Source: a virus. From it: DNA of 64,000 bases. The translations under genes and the position numbers were made by a program. The notes under the pieces were generated by a model. That model was given only the letters and a program-made list of their open reading frames with translations. It was not told the origin of the DNA and ran no database searches. The first letter of the stretch is position 1, and each line of letters opens with the position of its first letter. Location of the stretch: the IMG/VR virus record IMGVR_UViG_3300045988_147517, positions 32,001 through 96,000 of that record. One strand, written 5' to 3'. Of the stretch, positions 36,516-47,193 are shown one piece after another.

Positions 36516-36627
36516 AATCTTACCTCTTTCTTATTTCTTATTGTAATTATATTATACACATTTTGAATACATTTGTCAAGTATTATTAAACGTTTTCATA
36601 AAAAAAATAAAAAAAAGGATAATTCGT

Positions 36628-36894
36628 TTATCCTTTTAAACAAATTACCCTATAAATTCTTTTTCCATGGGCATCATCTTTAATAACAAATATGTTTAGT
36701 CCCCTCTTAACATTTTCAATTTGTTTCAAATTTTCTTTATCCTTTAAAAAATCAATAATATCGCTGTCTGTTAGGTCACAATAATGCATTTTAATAAAGT
36801 TATAGTTTAAATTTTTATTATTAAATACACCTATGTATGCCACACACTTAAATATAATTAGTTTTATCAAATAATTATCATATTTAATATTCAT
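36628..36894 (-). CDS. hypothetical early protein
   Basis: 88-aa ORF with a hairpin plus T-run at its 3' end. Confidence 0.45.
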   Translation of the reverse strand: MNIKYDNYLIKLIIFKCVAYIGVFNNKNLNYNFIKMHYCDLTDSDIIDFLKDKENLKQIENVKRGLNIFVIKDDAHGKRIYRVICLKG

Positions 36895-36996
36895 TTTTTC
36901 TGTTTCTTATTTCCTCTTTAATCGATTTAATTAATAAATACCCTAAAGTTAAAAGAATTATATTAGCATTAAAAAATATTATAAATATTTCTACCA

Positions 36997-37389
36997 TTAG
37001 TCAATATCTCCATCTTCCATGGAAGATGTTCTAGAAATATAATAAATCTTTTTATCTTCGTCATGGATTTCAACATTTACATTTTCTAAGGTTGCCGCGC
37101 CAATGATATGTTCAAAATAATCATCATAAAAATTTATGTATATTCCATCTTTATATAGCTGTCCAATTTTTTGCGCAATCATTTCTGCTCTTAATTTTGA
37201 ATATGTTCTCATAAATTTGTTGTAATTATCTAACTCTGAGATAATCTCTCTTTCTCTTCCTGAATCTTCAACTACAATATACTTTAAATAATATTTCTTT
37301 TTATATTTAACCGCACCAATACAATAAACAAGAATGGTATTTTCACTTTTTCTAATTTTATTTAATTCTTTTCTACTATAAACTTTCAT
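36997..37389 (-). CDS. hypothetical protein
   Basis: Start moved to MKVYSR, overlapping the upstream stop (TAATG). Confidence 0.5.
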   Translation of the reverse strand: MKVYSRKELNKIRKSENTILVYCIGAVKYKKKYYLKYIVVEDSGREREIISELDNYNKFMRTYSKLRAEMIAQKIGQLYKDGIYINFYDDYFEHIIGAATLENVNVEIHDEDKKIYYISRTSSMEDGDID

Positions 37390-38225
37390 TATCCTAAACA
37401 CCTTTTAATAATATCCTTACCTCTCAATTTATTAATCCATTCGATGGGAATATTTTCATATCCATAAATTAACCCGGCCAAACCACCAGCCAAAGCGGCA
37501 ATAGTATCGGTATCGCCACCTAAATTAACAGCCGTTAGCACACAATCTTTATAATTGTTAGTGTTTACCACACACCAAAGCGCCGCTTCTAATGTATGAA
37601 CTACAAATGGAGTTGATTTAATATCGTCTTTTGAAATTTCTTTTAATTTGTTTAATCTGTCATAAGGCTCATCAAAATTATCTCCATCTAACGTGGCTAT
37701 CTCTATACCATCATTTAACAAACTGACTACATAACTATATATTTGACACGCCTTAATTGAAAGATTATGAGCATGTGTCAGACTGGCCAGTGTTTCAATT
37801 TGTTTATAACTTTTATAATAAGGCGATAATGCTAGAGGTAAAATACGCATTAAAGCGCCATTACCATTAGCCGTAAATCTATTATCCCCACAACTGCTAT
37901 AGTGGGAACCATTTTTATATCGCTCAATGGCTCTAGAGGTTATCCCTCCTACATCAAATTTGTACCCATCTACTGTAAAAGCGCCATCATCATACCATTT
38001 TACAAAATTATTCATAATATCATCATAATCGATTTTTCGCCGTCTTTTCATAGATTCACACGTCGCTAGAATCAAACTGGTATCATCTGACCATGTTCCC
38101 GCTGGTTGATTGTGAGTGCCATATCCTATCATGTCGTTGCACTCTGGCGCTATCATAGATTCGTATGGGACACCCAAAGCGTCCCCTATTGCGAAACCAT
38201 AAATCGCATTTTTTAAATTACTCAT
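37389..38225 (-). CDS. ADP-ribosylglycohydrolase (ARH/DraG family)
   Basis: Contains GFAIGDALGVPYE, GTWSDDTS and NLGGDTDTIAALAGGLAG. Confidence 0.8.
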   Translation of the reverse strand: MSNLKNAIYGFAIGDALGVPYESMIAPECNDMIGYGTHNQPAGTWSDDTSLILATCESMKRRRKIDYDDIMNNFVKWYDDGAFTVDGYKFDVGGITSRAIERYKNGSHYSSCGDNRFTANGNGALMRILPLALSPYYKSYKQIETLASLTHAHNLSIKACQIYSYVVSLLNDGIEIATLDGDNFDEPYDRLNKLKEISKDDIKSTPFVVHTLEAALWCVVNTNNYKDCVLTAVNLGGDTDTIAALAGGLAGLIYGYENIPIEWINKLRGKDIIKRCLG

Positions 38226-38397
38226 AACATTCCCCATCTATATACATTAATTCTTCCATTAATTCATCACACATAATTGACCAAAGCAAAGCATTGTCTA
38301 TATCTTCTCTTAGAATAGCCTCTCTTTCCGCTTCTCTTGCATAATCTAAATGATATAATATACTTTCATAATAACTAGAATTCATAAAATCAAACAT
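38218..38397 (-). CDS. hypothetical protein
   Basis: Start moved to MFDFMN behind GAGGTG. Confidence 0.45.
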   Translation of the reverse strand: MFDFMNSSYYESILYHLDYAREAEREAILREDIDNALLWSIMCDELMEELMYIDGECYE

Positions 38398-38398
38398 T

Positions 38399-38773
38399 TT
38401 ACACCTCTTTAATATTTTCAACTTTATTTTCTTCTATTTTCTGCACAAACAACGAGCCGTCTTTTCTCATGATGATTTCTTCGTCCCAATTATCACTCAT
38501 TTTATTCTGTTCGCTAAGATGTTCTTTAAAATATTCCACGCAAGCATCATAAGATTCAAGTAAAGCATATTCTGCTAAGTGGTTTCCGTTTAGTATTAAA
38601 AATTTAGTGGGCTCTACACCATTAATGCGAACAAGAGCAGTAGTGTCACTTCCATAATCTGAGATTGAACAATTGTTATAACTTACATAACAACCCTTTT
38701 CAGTCAATGCGAAAGTATCATTCGGTGAAAAAATAGGCACTCCATTGTAAAATTCCATTTGTCCAGTTAACAT
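38399..38773 (-). CDS. hypothetical protein
   Basis: 124-aa ORF. Confidence 0.5.
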   Translation of the reverse strand: MLTGQMEFYNGVPIFSPNDTFALTEKGCYVSYNNCSISDYGSDTTALVRINGVEPTKFLILNGNHLAEYALLESYDACVEYFKEHLSEQNKMSDNWDEEIIMRKDGSLFVQKIEENKVENIKEV

Positions 38774-38794
38774 CTTCCTAACCTCATTTCATTT

Positions 38795-39082
38795 TTAGAC
38801 ATTTTCGATACAATAATAGTAACGTTCAATTTCAATATAACCATATTCTTCAAGTGTTTCACAAAAATTTAAATACCGCCATCTTTTATAATCGTCATAA
38901 TCATAAAAACCATTTGCGCCATATTCATCAATGTAATCGTGATATTCTTCTACTAAACAATAGCTCTCATTGCAATAGTCAAGAATGTCTCCATAGAAGT
39001 TTTCTTTACTTAATTCAATTTTTTCTAACGTTTCTTTATCCTGCCGATAACACTTTAATTCTTGTGATTTTTTCATTTTCAT
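38795..39082 (-). CDS. hypothetical early protein
   Basis: 95-aa ORF with the conserved leader AAATGAGGT. Confidence 0.5.
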   Translation of the reverse strand: MKMKKSQELKCYRQDKETLEKIELSKENFYGDILDYCNESYCLVEEYHDYIDEYGANGFYDYDDYKRWRYLNFCETLEEYGYIEIERYYYCIENV

Positions 39083-39150
39083 AACCTCATTTCATTTCTT
39101 ATTATGGTTATATTATACACCATATATATTTACTTGTCAAGCGTTTTTTT

Positions 39151-39429
39151 TTAATCTTTTAACAATTTTATATAATCTTTAATGGTTTTTAGCTGAATAA
39201 ATAAGTAAAATGGTGTAGAGGAGGGCTTATTTCTTCTAATACTCTTTAAAAATTCATATCCTACACCTGTAATTTCAGATAATTCCATCAAAGTATAATA
39301 TTCAAAAACAGCACTAAAATATTCTTTTGCATTTTTTTTATTTTCTTCCCATTCTTTCTTCAATGCAGATATCTTTTCAATATCCGCAATCATTTCACCC
39401 ATAACAATTTCCTTGTCTAAATTATTCAT
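39151..39429 (-). CDS. hypothetical protein, possible HTH
   Basis: Start moved to MNNLDK behind GGAGG. LSEITGVGYEFLKSIRR looks HTH-like. Confidence 0.45.
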   Translation of the reverse strand: MNNLDKEIVMGEMIADIEKISALKKEWEENKKNAKEYFSAVFEYYTLMELSEITGVGYEFLKSIRRNKPSSTPFYLFIQLKTIKDYIKLLKD

Positions 39430-39925
39430 TCCACGAACCTCCAATAAATTTATCAATCAATGTATATATTTCCATTCCAAAAACTTCTTTTATACTATCA
39501 GGAAGCTCCATTCCTGAGTTAATACAGTCTAAAAAATCGCTATTATCAGACAAATAGATTTCTAACAACTTTAGGTCTATGTTATCTTCACGTACAGCGA
39601 ATGAGATATCTATTCCAATTTCCTCCTCAATTTTTTCTGGAATTGAAACCCATTCATCATAAAATGGTTTGGTTTTGGCGCTTTCAAATTCCTTATTTAA
39701 ATTTATGTCTGAGATATTTTTATCAAATTCTGATATGAATTTCTCGCATTCTTTAACAGTTTTTGCCTTACCAATGATAGCGCCATTAGCACATAATATG
39801 ATATTGTAATCTTTTTTATTTTTATAATATCCATATACCGTAGAATTATAAATGGTTTTCCAGCCATCAATTACCGCTAAATATAGAGGTTTTTGGATTA
39901 CTAGTTTTTCTCTTGTTCTTCTCAT
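39422..39925 (-). CDS. hypothetical protein
   Basis: 167-aa ORF. Confidence 0.5.
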   Translation of the reverse strand: MRRTREKLVIQKPLYLAVIDGWKTIYNSTVYGYYKNKKDYNIILCANGAIIGKAKTVKECEKFISEFDKNISDINLNKEFESAKTKPFYDEWVSIPEKIEEEIGIDISFAVREDNIDLKLLEIYLSDNSDFLDCINSGMELPDSIKEVFGMEIYTLIDKFIGGSWNE

Positions 39926-39927
39926 AT

Positions 39928-40422
39928 CTAAACCTCTTTAATCATAATAGTTTCGGCAGTAGCATAGAATTCGTTGTTATTTGTTTTATCTTTGCACAGA
40001 TATACAGTTTCTTTAATTACATCATTGATTAATCTGTCATATTCAATACCTAAAATAACAATTTCATTACCTGTATTACAATCAAATAAAGTAGTTTTTA
40101 AATCCCTACCATCATAATAATGTCCACAATTTTCACAAAAATCTTCATCAACATCTACGCCAATCTCAGACAATTCTCCACAATATTTACATTTTATGGG
40201 ATAAAATTCAGGATTGCTTTCATACTCTTCAATTATAAAATTAGAATAGTATTCAAGCTGATTTTCTTTAAAATCTTTGATATGATTCCATAATTCTAAA
40301 TCATTATTAGTATCTTTAACGACATCTTCCTTTAAATCATTAATAATGTAATCAATAATATTAATTAATTCTTCGCTATCGGCACACATATCCCCTCTCA
40401 TAATCATTCTAATACTTTCCAT
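39928..40422 (-). CDS. hypothetical protein with a CxxC..CxxC motif
   Basis: 164-aa ORF containing CKYCG..CENCG. The start is uncertain. Confidence 0.45.
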   Translation of the reverse strand: MESIRMIMRGDMCADSEELINIIDYIINDLKEDVVKDTNNDLELWNHIKDFKENQLEYYSNFIIEEYESNPEFYPIKCKYCGELSEIGVDVDEDFCENCGHYYDGRDLKTTLFDCNTGNEIVILGIEYDRLINDVIKETVYLCKDKTNNNEFYATAETIMIKEV

Positions 40423-40504
40423 ATCAAAGCGATTGACTTCATTGAGATAGCTAGAAGCATTTCCCCAGTTAGAACAAAAATAATCGTAAATATTATCTAA
40501 TGTA

Positions 40505-40855
40505 TCACAAAAACTTTTTTTCTATATTAAAATTAGAATTATTCATACGGAATGAACTTGTTCTACCCATATATTTAACACATTCATGAAATTCTTTGCC
40601 AAATTGTTCTTCACACCATTCGTTAAGGCAATAAAAGTTATCTTCACAAAATACATCGAAATTATCTTTTAGAATATCATCTGTTAATATTTCTTTAATA
40701 TTTTCAGGTATGTTTAAATCACTTTTATTACAAAAGGCACAATCATATAATTTTAAATTTGTATATTTATGAAATGCTTCGTTGCTTAAATATTTTTCCA
40801 ATGAATCTAATATTTCATTTGCTTTTTGAATTTTTTCACTAATTTTCATCTTCAT
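40505..40855 (-). CDS. hypothetical early protein
   Basis: 116-aa ORF with the leader AACGAGGT. Confidence 0.5.
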   Translation of the reverse strand: MKMKISEKIQKANEILDSLEKYLSNEAFHKYTNLKLYDCAFCNKSDLNIPENIKEILTDDILKDNFDVFCEDNFYCLNEWCEEQFGKEFHECVKYMGRTSSFRMNNSNFNIEKKFL

Positions 40856-40935
40856 AACCTCGTTTCATTTGTTATTATGTGTATATTATACACCATGTAC
40901 TTTTGCTTGTCAAGTATTTTTTTTTATTTTTTTTT

Positions 40936-41145
40936 TTAATCAATAATTGCGCCCCAGTTAATATGATGAGGGTTCACATAATATTCTTTATGATAAAATA
41001 ATACATGGCTTTCTGCATGAGTTCCGCCATAAGTGATAATCTTTTGATTATTTAATGTGAATTTTGCCCCCAAACAAAAACTTAAGGTCAAACTCAATCC
41101 AAACAATAAACCGAACGCTACCTTTTTAATTTTCTTTGTTTTCAT
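40936..41145 (-). CDS. small secreted or membrane-anchored protein
   Basis: MKTKKIKKVAFGLLFGLSLTLSFCLG has a signal-peptide-like N-terminus. The start was chosen downstream of the predicted transcription start. Confidence 0.45.
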   Translation of the reverse strand: MKTKKIKKVAFGLLFGLSLTLSFCLGAKFTLNNQKIITYGGTHAESHVLFYHKEYYVNPHHINWGAIID

Positions 41146-41216
41146 TTTATTACCCCGTTTCATTTCTTACTATGGTTATATTATACACGTTTTGAAATAT
41201 TATGTCAAGACTTTTT

Positions 41217-41257
41217 TTAAAAAAAATAAATAAAAAAAACAGGGGATAAACCCCTGT
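41217..41257 (-). terminator. rho-independent terminator
   Basis: ACAGGGG-TTTAT-CCCCTGT followed by a long T-run on the minus strand. Confidence 0.65.
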
Positions 41258-41264
41258 TAAGTTT

Positions 41265-42047
41265 CTAAAAGAAATTTTCTTTGAAGTATTTAAAAGCATT
41301 AAATATTGCTTCACTGTCCGCCCCAACAAAATCGGGTGACATTTCAGCAGAATCTTCGTCGATATCAACGGCTTTATTAATATCAGTAGTATTACCATTA
41401 GTAGAATCTACTAATTTATTAATTTTAATCATATATGGCTCATCATTTTCTAAGTCTGAACATGAATTATATAGCTCATCTAAAGAATCAAAAGTTCCAA
41501 TCTCTGTATCAAAAGACAAGTGACTTTCAAACCACTCATTATAGGAATTCCACAAGAAATCATTCACATATGTTTCTAATTCGTCAAACCTATTTATATT
41601 ATTAGTGTAAATCCACAAACTATCAATTCTATCTTTGATAACATTAATATAATTAACTGGAATATATTCCTCTTCTCTATTAATCATTTCCTCGATTGCA
41701 TTTAATACGATATTTTTCAAAATAGTGTCAACATTACTATGTAACATTTCTAAATTATAAATGCACCATGCATGTTGTATCAATTTAGAAATACTACCGT
41801 CAGAACTATCGAAATTTTCTAAAGCTTCTTCCATATAATCTGTATTATCCAAACATTCAACATTTTTATATATGTCTGAATAATAAATGCCAACTTGACC
41901 GTCTGCCCATTCCATTATAGCGTCACCTACATAACTACTATCCCAAATGCTATAGTTGTTTGCAAAATCTTCACATAACTCTAAATCGTCTTGTGTTTTT
42001 AATAAATTTTCTACTTTATACAATTCTCTTTCTAATTCTAATAACAT
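41265..42047 (-). CDS. hypothetical strongly acidic protein
   Basis: 260 aa, rich in D and E, with its own promoter and terminator. Confidence 0.55.
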   Translation of the reverse strand: MLLELERELYKVENLLKTQDDLELCEDFANNYSIWDSSYVGDAIMEWADGQVGIYYSDIYKNVECLDNTDYMEEALENFDSSDGSISKLIQHAWCIYNLEMLHSNVDTILKNIVLNAIEEMINREEEYIPVNYINVIKDRIDSLWIYTNNINRFDELETYVNDFLWNSYNEWFESHLSFDTEIGTFDSLDELYNSCSDLENDEPYMIKINKLVDSTNGNTTDINKAVDIDEDSAEMSPDFVGADSEAIFNAFKYFKENFF

Positions 42048-42247
42048 TTTTTCTTACCTCGTTTCTTTATTTTATGTTTACATTATACACTATATAATCT
42101 GTCTTGTCAAGTACTTTTTTATTTTTTTTCGTTTTTTTTATTTTGACCCCCGTTTCTTTAACTTGATTACATTATACACTAATAGCGCCAATATGTCAAT
42201 GGTTTTTTAAAAATATAAATAAAAAAAATAGAGTAGCGTAAACCACT

Positions 42248-42454
42248 CTATTCTTCGTTCATATCGTTGAAAAAATCTGCTATTACTTTAGCCGCCCATC
42301 TAGGCCGCCGCCTCAATACCCTGAAACAAGATTTATAATCATCTTCCTTGACTAGGTCAATCATGCGGCAGGACGAGCAATCGTTCAGGCTACAAAATAA
42401 CGAGAAGTCTTGTAACGTGATGTTACCTCGGCTGTACTTTTTCTTTAGTTTCAT
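42248..42454 (-). CDS. hypothetical protein
   Basis: 68-aa ORF with a terminator hairpin downstream. Confidence 0.45.
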   Translation of the reverse strand: MKLKKKYSRGNITLQDFSLFCSLNDCSSCRMIDLVKEDDYKSCFRVLRRRPRWAAKVIADFFNDMNEE

Positions 42455-42788
42455 TTTCGTTCAACTCCGGCTCAGTTTCATTTAACTCCGCATCTTCCAA
42501 AGATTTAATCATACTTAAATCAAACTTTAATAAGTGCCAAAAATCATATAATTCCCCATTTAATTTAATAATCCCGGTAGGTCTTCCTTTAGAATTCTTT
42601 TTTATTTCTGTTACTTTTGCTTTCAATCCCCCAAAGTCAAACATCTGCCTTGTAAATACTTCTTTCTTACATGGAATCTCCCCATATTCGTCAAACCCGT
42701 ACTTTTCGGCAAGTTCCTGAACTGTCCTCACCCGTACATCGTCATTCAATTCTACACTTAAAACATTACCCTCTTTATCAACTACCAT
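42423..42788 (-). CDS. hypothetical protein
   Basis: 121-aa ORF with GGAGGA RBS. Confidence 0.5.
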   Translation of the reverse strand: MVVDKEGNVLSVELNDDVRVRTVQELAEKYGFDEYGEIPCKKEVFTRQMFDFGGLKAKVTEIKKNSKGRPTGIIKLNGELYDFWHLLKFDLSMIKSLEDAELNETEPELNENETKEKVQPR

Positions 42789-42962
42789 TTAAATTTTCCT
42801 CCATTCATTTTTAATTTTGAGTGGGTACTTTCCAACTCATTCTTAAATAATAAGGTGGGGTTTCCACCTTTTAAAAGCTACTTTAAAATTCATTCTTAAA
42901 ATTAAAAAATTATTTTCAAATTCATTTTACTTTTTATAAAACTATTTTTAAATTCATTCTTT

Positions 42963-43247
42963 TTAAAGTTTGAAAATTTTGATACTTTTTAAATCAACAT
43001 TTAAAAACAAACCAATAACTTTATATATTAACGAAAGCACAATTTTACCTAAACATACAATAATAAAATTCAATGTACAATTGCCTATAATATTTAAATA
43101 AATATTGAAATCTTGTTCTGGCGCAACTCCTAATAATATTATTATCAAAATCGTCACCATAGCATATAAAAATGCCGCAATCCATAAAATTGATTGGCCA
43201 ATATAAAATATTATATACAATTTGTCAATTAGTGACATATTTTTCAT
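42963..43247 (-). CDS. membrane protein
   Basis: 94 aa with three hydrophobic segments. Confidence 0.5.
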   Translation of the reverse strand: MKNMSLIDKLYIIFYIGQSILWIAAFLYAMVTILIIILLGVAPEQDFNIYLNIIGNCTLNFIIVCLGKIVLSLIYKVIGLFLNVDLKSIKIFKL

Positions 43248-43273
43248 CTTTATTTCCCTTCCAAATTTCCTCC

Positions 43274-43579
43274 TTATTTTTTCTTCATTGATTTTAAAAA
43301 TTTATTGAAACTCTCTTCGTTCCAACCTTGCGCTACATTAAATATTGCATTCTCTGGGGCGGCTTCTGCTTTTGTAAAGTATTCATCGATTATCATATTT
43401 GTATCATCTTTGACAGTTTTAATACAGACATATCGATTTCCAAAATCGCCCTTGTTATTTCTCTTGTCCAGTAAAAAAGATGTTTCAACTACCATTTTTC
43501 TATTGGCGCTTATATATTCTTCCCGATATGGGAAAACCATATTTGTTCTTTTTGTTTTTGGTTTTATTTTTTCATTCAT
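43274..43579 (-). CDS. hypothetical protein
   Basis: 101-aa ORF with AAGGAGG RBS and a TTGACT-N17-TATAAT promoter at about 43600-43628. Confidence 0.5.
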   Translation of the reverse strand: MNEKIKPKTKRTNMVFPYREEYISANRKMVVETSFLLDKRNNKGDFGNRYVCIKTVKDDTNMIIDEYFTKAEAAPENAIFNVAQGWNEESFNKFLKSMKKK

Positions 43580-43678
43580 TTAAACCTCCTTTTAATTATT
43601 ATAAAGTAAATTAAAAAATAAGTCAAGAAAAAATTTTATAAATTGAAAATCAAAAAAATTTTCCAAAAATTTCATATA

Positions 43679-43753
43679 CCCCCGGGAAATTTTGATTCGC
43701 ATTTTACCCCCTGCGCCCATACCCCCGGGAAAATTGCATATGCATTTTACCCT
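43679..43753. repeat. two further copies of the dyad motif CCCCCGGGAAAtTTg..CATTTTACCC
   Basis: Copies are at 43679-43710 and 43722-43753, 50-150 nt upstream of the 43600-43628 promoter. Confidence 0.7.
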
Positions 43754-44436
43754 TTTTGGATTTTTGCATTCAGATTTCAAAGTTTTTTGTTTTAAACTTT
43801 GTTAACTTAATCTAACATTGTTCACCTTACTTTATCGCTTAAACTTATTATATGTTAGATTTGACTAACAATTGTAAGTTTTCATGAAAAATTTACAATA
43901 ACTCAGGCTTATTATTTAATTGCCAAAGACCAACTTTTAAAAGTTTAAGATATTTCAGGGTTGTTATGACCTATTATTATTTTAGCATGGATTTTTCGTG
44001 TTAGTCAAGTAAAACAAAGGGTAAAATTTTGTCATTAAGAATTATTTAAGTGTTAGCGTTTACATTGGAATGCCGATTTAAGTGGTTTTATTTTTATCGC
44101 CCATGGTATATATCCTTTTACAAATAAATCCGCTCTATGGTCAAAATCAAACGATTACATATATATTATTATACCTTATTCCCGTTGGTTTGTGGTTCCA
44201 TGGAAACCTAAAATCGTTTATAATCTCCATGGAGATTCAGAAATTTTTATATCTTTGAGTTAGAACATACTTAATTGCGTTTTTAAGAGACTTTTTTAAA
44301 AATAGGTATAAGTATAAGGGTAGAAAATAAAACGCCAATTCAATCGTTTACAATGGATTTAAAAGACAAATAAAAAAGGGCTTTCGCCCTTAATATATAA
44401 TCTTATCATATTTTGCAATCTTGTTCCCTGGGACGC

Positions 44437-44931
44437 TTAAGAAATTTTTTTAAGCTCTGTTTTTTCTTTTACCGTTTCAGCGCCATAATAAGATTTTATT
44501 TCTTCGTATGATAAATATTTTCTTGTTTTCTTCGTGTAGCTGTTTCCATTGTAATACCATTTCTTTTTGCCTTTTGCCCAGTTAAAGCCCAGAGACTTTA
44601 AAATTTCTTTGATTGAATAAGTTTCACCTCCATAAACCCATATCCACGAGCCGACAATATCAATATTAACATTATATCTTATAATACTGTCAATAATATT
44701 TTTGAATTTGTTGGAACTTTCCCCCGTTTCTTTTGTATACGTTTCGCCGTTCTTTGTTTTAAATATAGCGCCAAAGACCTTAAATAGTAATTCGTACTCG
44801 TTTCCCATGGCTTTAAACTGTTCAGGGTCTCCGCCCCTGTCTGGATGCAGTTCAAACGCCAATCGCCTGTACTGTTTCTTCAAATCCTCGCCTGACTCAA
44901 TTTTATCAATATTAAAAAATTTATATTGCAT
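44437..44931 (-). CDS. J-domain (DnaJ-like) protein
   Basis: LKKQYRRLAFELHPDRGGDPEQFKAMGNEYELL carries the HPD motif. Start moved to MQYKFF behind AGGAGG. Confidence 0.8.
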   Translation of the reverse strand: MQYKFFNIDKIESGEDLKKQYRRLAFELHPDRGGDPEQFKAMGNEYELLFKVFGAIFKTKNGETYTKETGESSNKFKNIIDSIIRYNVNIDIVGSWIWVYGGETYSIKEILKSLGFNWAKGKKKWYYNGNSYTKKTRKYLSYEEIKSYYGAETVKEKTELKKIS

Positions 44932-45001
44932 ATGTCCTCCTTTTTGATAAATATTATTCACGGTAGCGGCCTATTTAAAAGCCGCTACAATTAATAATAT
45001 T

Positions 45002-45256
45002 TTACCATGTTACAACTACTAAATTATTGTTGTATTCGAAATAGTTATAATCTATCAATAATTCTTCTCCCAGGGATTCCCAGTCAACATAAGGCCTTAC
45101 ACATTCTGGAACATCTTTTTCAATTTTTTCCATGGCATAATCTTCAACACTGTCGTAAATTTCTACAGAATTGCAATTTATTAATTCTACAGCTTCCTCT
45201 TCATCGATAACCAATTCTTCCATTAATTCCTTGATTAAGCTTTCATCGTATAACAT
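45002..45256 (-). CDS. hypothetical acidic protein
   Basis: 84-aa ORF with AAGGAG RBS. Confidence 0.5.
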   Translation of the reverse strand: MLYDESLIKELMEELVIDEEEAVELINCNSVEIYDSVEDYAMEKIEKDVPECVRPYVDWESLGEELLIDYNYFEYNNNLVVVTW

Positions 45257-45385
45257 TTTTTTATTCTCCTTTATAATTTATTTAATTTATTTGTAATAAT
45301 AATTATTTTTTTTAATCTTAAAAAATTAACCAACTTAGCGCAATAAACGCGCCAACAACCAAACCACCTTTAATAATATCTATCA

Positions 45386-45652
45386 TCATCTTTCTACCCC
45401 ATACCATTTTATGATTTCGTTTTTCGTCCCAGACTTGAAGCCGTTCTGTTGCAAAAACTCCTTAATATGCCTTAACGTTGTGGCGCTGTACGTTCCGTAA
45501 ATAATCGGTTTCCCGTCTTTAATCTCCGCCACAATCGTATTATAAGACTGCAATCTTACATTTCCATGCCACTCTTGTACTTTTGCTTTCTGATAAAAGC
45601 TTTTCGCCCTATCGTAAATTGGTTCTAATTCATAACTTTTCAGTCCTAGCAT
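45386..45652 (-). CDS. hypothetical protein
   Basis: 88-aa ORF. Confidence 0.5.
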   Translation of the reverse strand: MLGLKSYELEPIYDRAKSFYQKAKVQEWHGNVRLQSYNTIVAEIKDGKPIIYGTYSATTLRHIKEFLQQNGFKSGTKNEIIKWYGVER

Positions 45653-45653
45653 T

Positions 45654-46199
45654 TTAGTATATATCCTCCATTTTTACATAAATATCAATTTCGCCATACT
45701 CAAAACAAACAGAATACCAAATATAGTTAAAGTATTGTCCGGATAAACCGTTATTTTTACAATCCGGATAATCAAATTTTTCCAAAAATTCCTCAAACTC
45801 GTCAAGGCTCATTCTTGCGCCATTATATTCATCTAGAACCTCTTCTTCTGTTAATGTTTCAAAATTGTAAAAACCCTCGTCACATTCCATACATTGCCAA
45901 TTATAACCATCTATTTCACTTTTAACAAGTTCCTGCCCACAATTTTTACAAAATCTCTTTTCTTGTTCGCTCATTTTCAATTCACCTCTTTTAATAAGTA
46001 TTTCCTCTAAAGCTTTCTTGTAACCTTTGTAACTATCGGTTTCAGTTCCATTCGTTAGCTCGAGCATTCTTTTTAATTCTGCCTCACAGAATCTAACGCC
46101 AAAGTTTTCACAATCACTGATACAATGGTCATGACCGTGTTTTTCCCAATATCTCTGTTTTTCCTCTTTACTCATTTTTGCTGACCATCTTTTATTCAT
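45654..46199 (-). CDS. hypothetical protein with a zinc ribbon
   Basis: 181-aa ORF containing CKNCG..CMECDE. Confidence 0.5.
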   Translation of the reverse strand: MNKRWSAKMSKEEKQRYWEKHGHDHCISDCENFGVRFCEAELKRMLELTNGTETDSYKGYKKALEEILIKRGELKMSEQEKRFCKNCGQELVKSEIDGYNWQCMECDEGFYNFETLTEEEVLDEYNGARMSLDEFEEFLEKFDYPDCKNNGLSGQYFNYIWYSVCFEYGEIDIYVKMEDIY

Positions 46200-46279
46200 T
46201 TTGTGTTCCTCACTTTCTTAACCATATTCAATTCATGCCTTAATTATACACGCCTTTTTTATAGCTGTCAACCTTTTTA

Positions 46280-46822
46280 TTAAAAATTTAAGGATTCAAA
46301 CAAGCCTAACTTTGTTTTCCGTGCAATTAATAATTTCCCTCTTCTTTCCACAAGCGGGAAAACCATTTTTAAAAATGCAATATAGTCTTGCGTTTTTGCG
46401 TTTCGCTGGTATCCCTTACAAGTTAACTTCCCTTTTCCGCTTCTGTCTCCCTCATAAACGTTCAGGAAGAGCGTCCCATGGACGTTCAAGTTGTTATATA
46501 TATCCTCTAATATATCTATAATAACATCGTTTTCCGCTATTACATTTAGCACATTAGCGCACAAACAAACATTCACGCCGCCCATTTGCTCAACATTCCT
46601 GAACGTTTTTAAATTACTTTCTCTGCTTCTGTTGTATTTATCATATGGCAGGACGGTAATATTTTTGCTTTTATAATATTCTATTCCAGTGTTATATTTT
46701 CCAGCGCCATAGTCTAGAATCGTGCTGTTTTCCGTTATGTATTTTTCCACTATCTTATAAAGTGCTGGAACCTTGTTTTTATTTATAGACGTTTCCGCAC
46801 TACTATATTTTTGCTTATCCAT
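46280..46822 (-). CDS. SAM-dependent methyltransferase (class I fold)
   Basis: ILDYGAGKY looks like the glycine-rich motif I. The substrate is unknown. Confidence 0.5.
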   Translation of the reverse strand: MDKQKYSSAETSINKNKVPALYKIVEKYITENSTILDYGAGKYNTGIEYYKSKNITVLPYDKYNRSRESNLKTFRNVEQMGGVNVCLCANVLNVIAENDVIIDILEDIYNNLNVHGTLFLNVYEGDRSGKGKLTCKGYQRNAKTQDYIAFLKMVFPLVERRGKLLIARKTKLGLFESLNF

Positions 46823-46832
46823 TTTCTACCTC

Positions 46833-46952
46833 CTATAATAAGTTAATTAATGCCGCTAACGGGCTTAACTCCGGCATTAAAACCGCCAAACCCAAAGACA
46901 GAACCAAAGTACCAATACTAAGATAAAATTCTTTAATTTTGTTATATTTCAT
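46833..46952 (-). CDS. small membrane protein
   Basis: 39 aa, MKYNKIKEFYLSIGTLVLSLGLAVLM.., behind GGGAGG. This is a trimmed version of tracked ORF 46833-47051. Confidence 0.4.
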   Translation of the reverse strand: MKYNKIKEFYLSIGTLVLSLGLAVLMPELSPLAALINLL

Positions 46953-46956
46953 TTTT

Positions 46957-47193
46957 TTAATCCTCCCAGGGATGTTTTTGCCCAATTTCGAAACGTGCGC
47001 CAAAGTTAAAATATGTTTTATTTTTACTACACTCATAATTGTAAAAAGCATTCTCAGGGGCTTTGCGCTCTATCAGCTTTCTACATTCTCTTTCTGTATA
47101 AAGTTCACCGCCTACCAAAAACGTATAATATTTTCCCTTTTTGTTAAGAACCATTATACCGTCATATGCTTCTTTTACTTTTTTATACTTCAC
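46957..47193 (-). CDS. hypothetical protein
   Basis: 78-aa ORF with a GTG start behind GAGGT and a TTGACA-N17-CATAAT promoter at about 47225-47255. Confidence 0.5.
   Translation of the reverse strand: MKYKKVKEAYDGIMVLNKKGKYYTFLVGGELYTERECRKLIERKAPENAFYNYECSKNKTYFNFGARFEIGQKHPWED

Noticed and set aside
43592-43780. A 62-aa minus-strand ORF, and the plus-strand ORFs 34558-34866 and 34848-35090.
   Set aside because: They are composed of the dyad GC-island repeats and AT-rich spacer. They have no RBS and repetitive low-complexity peptides.
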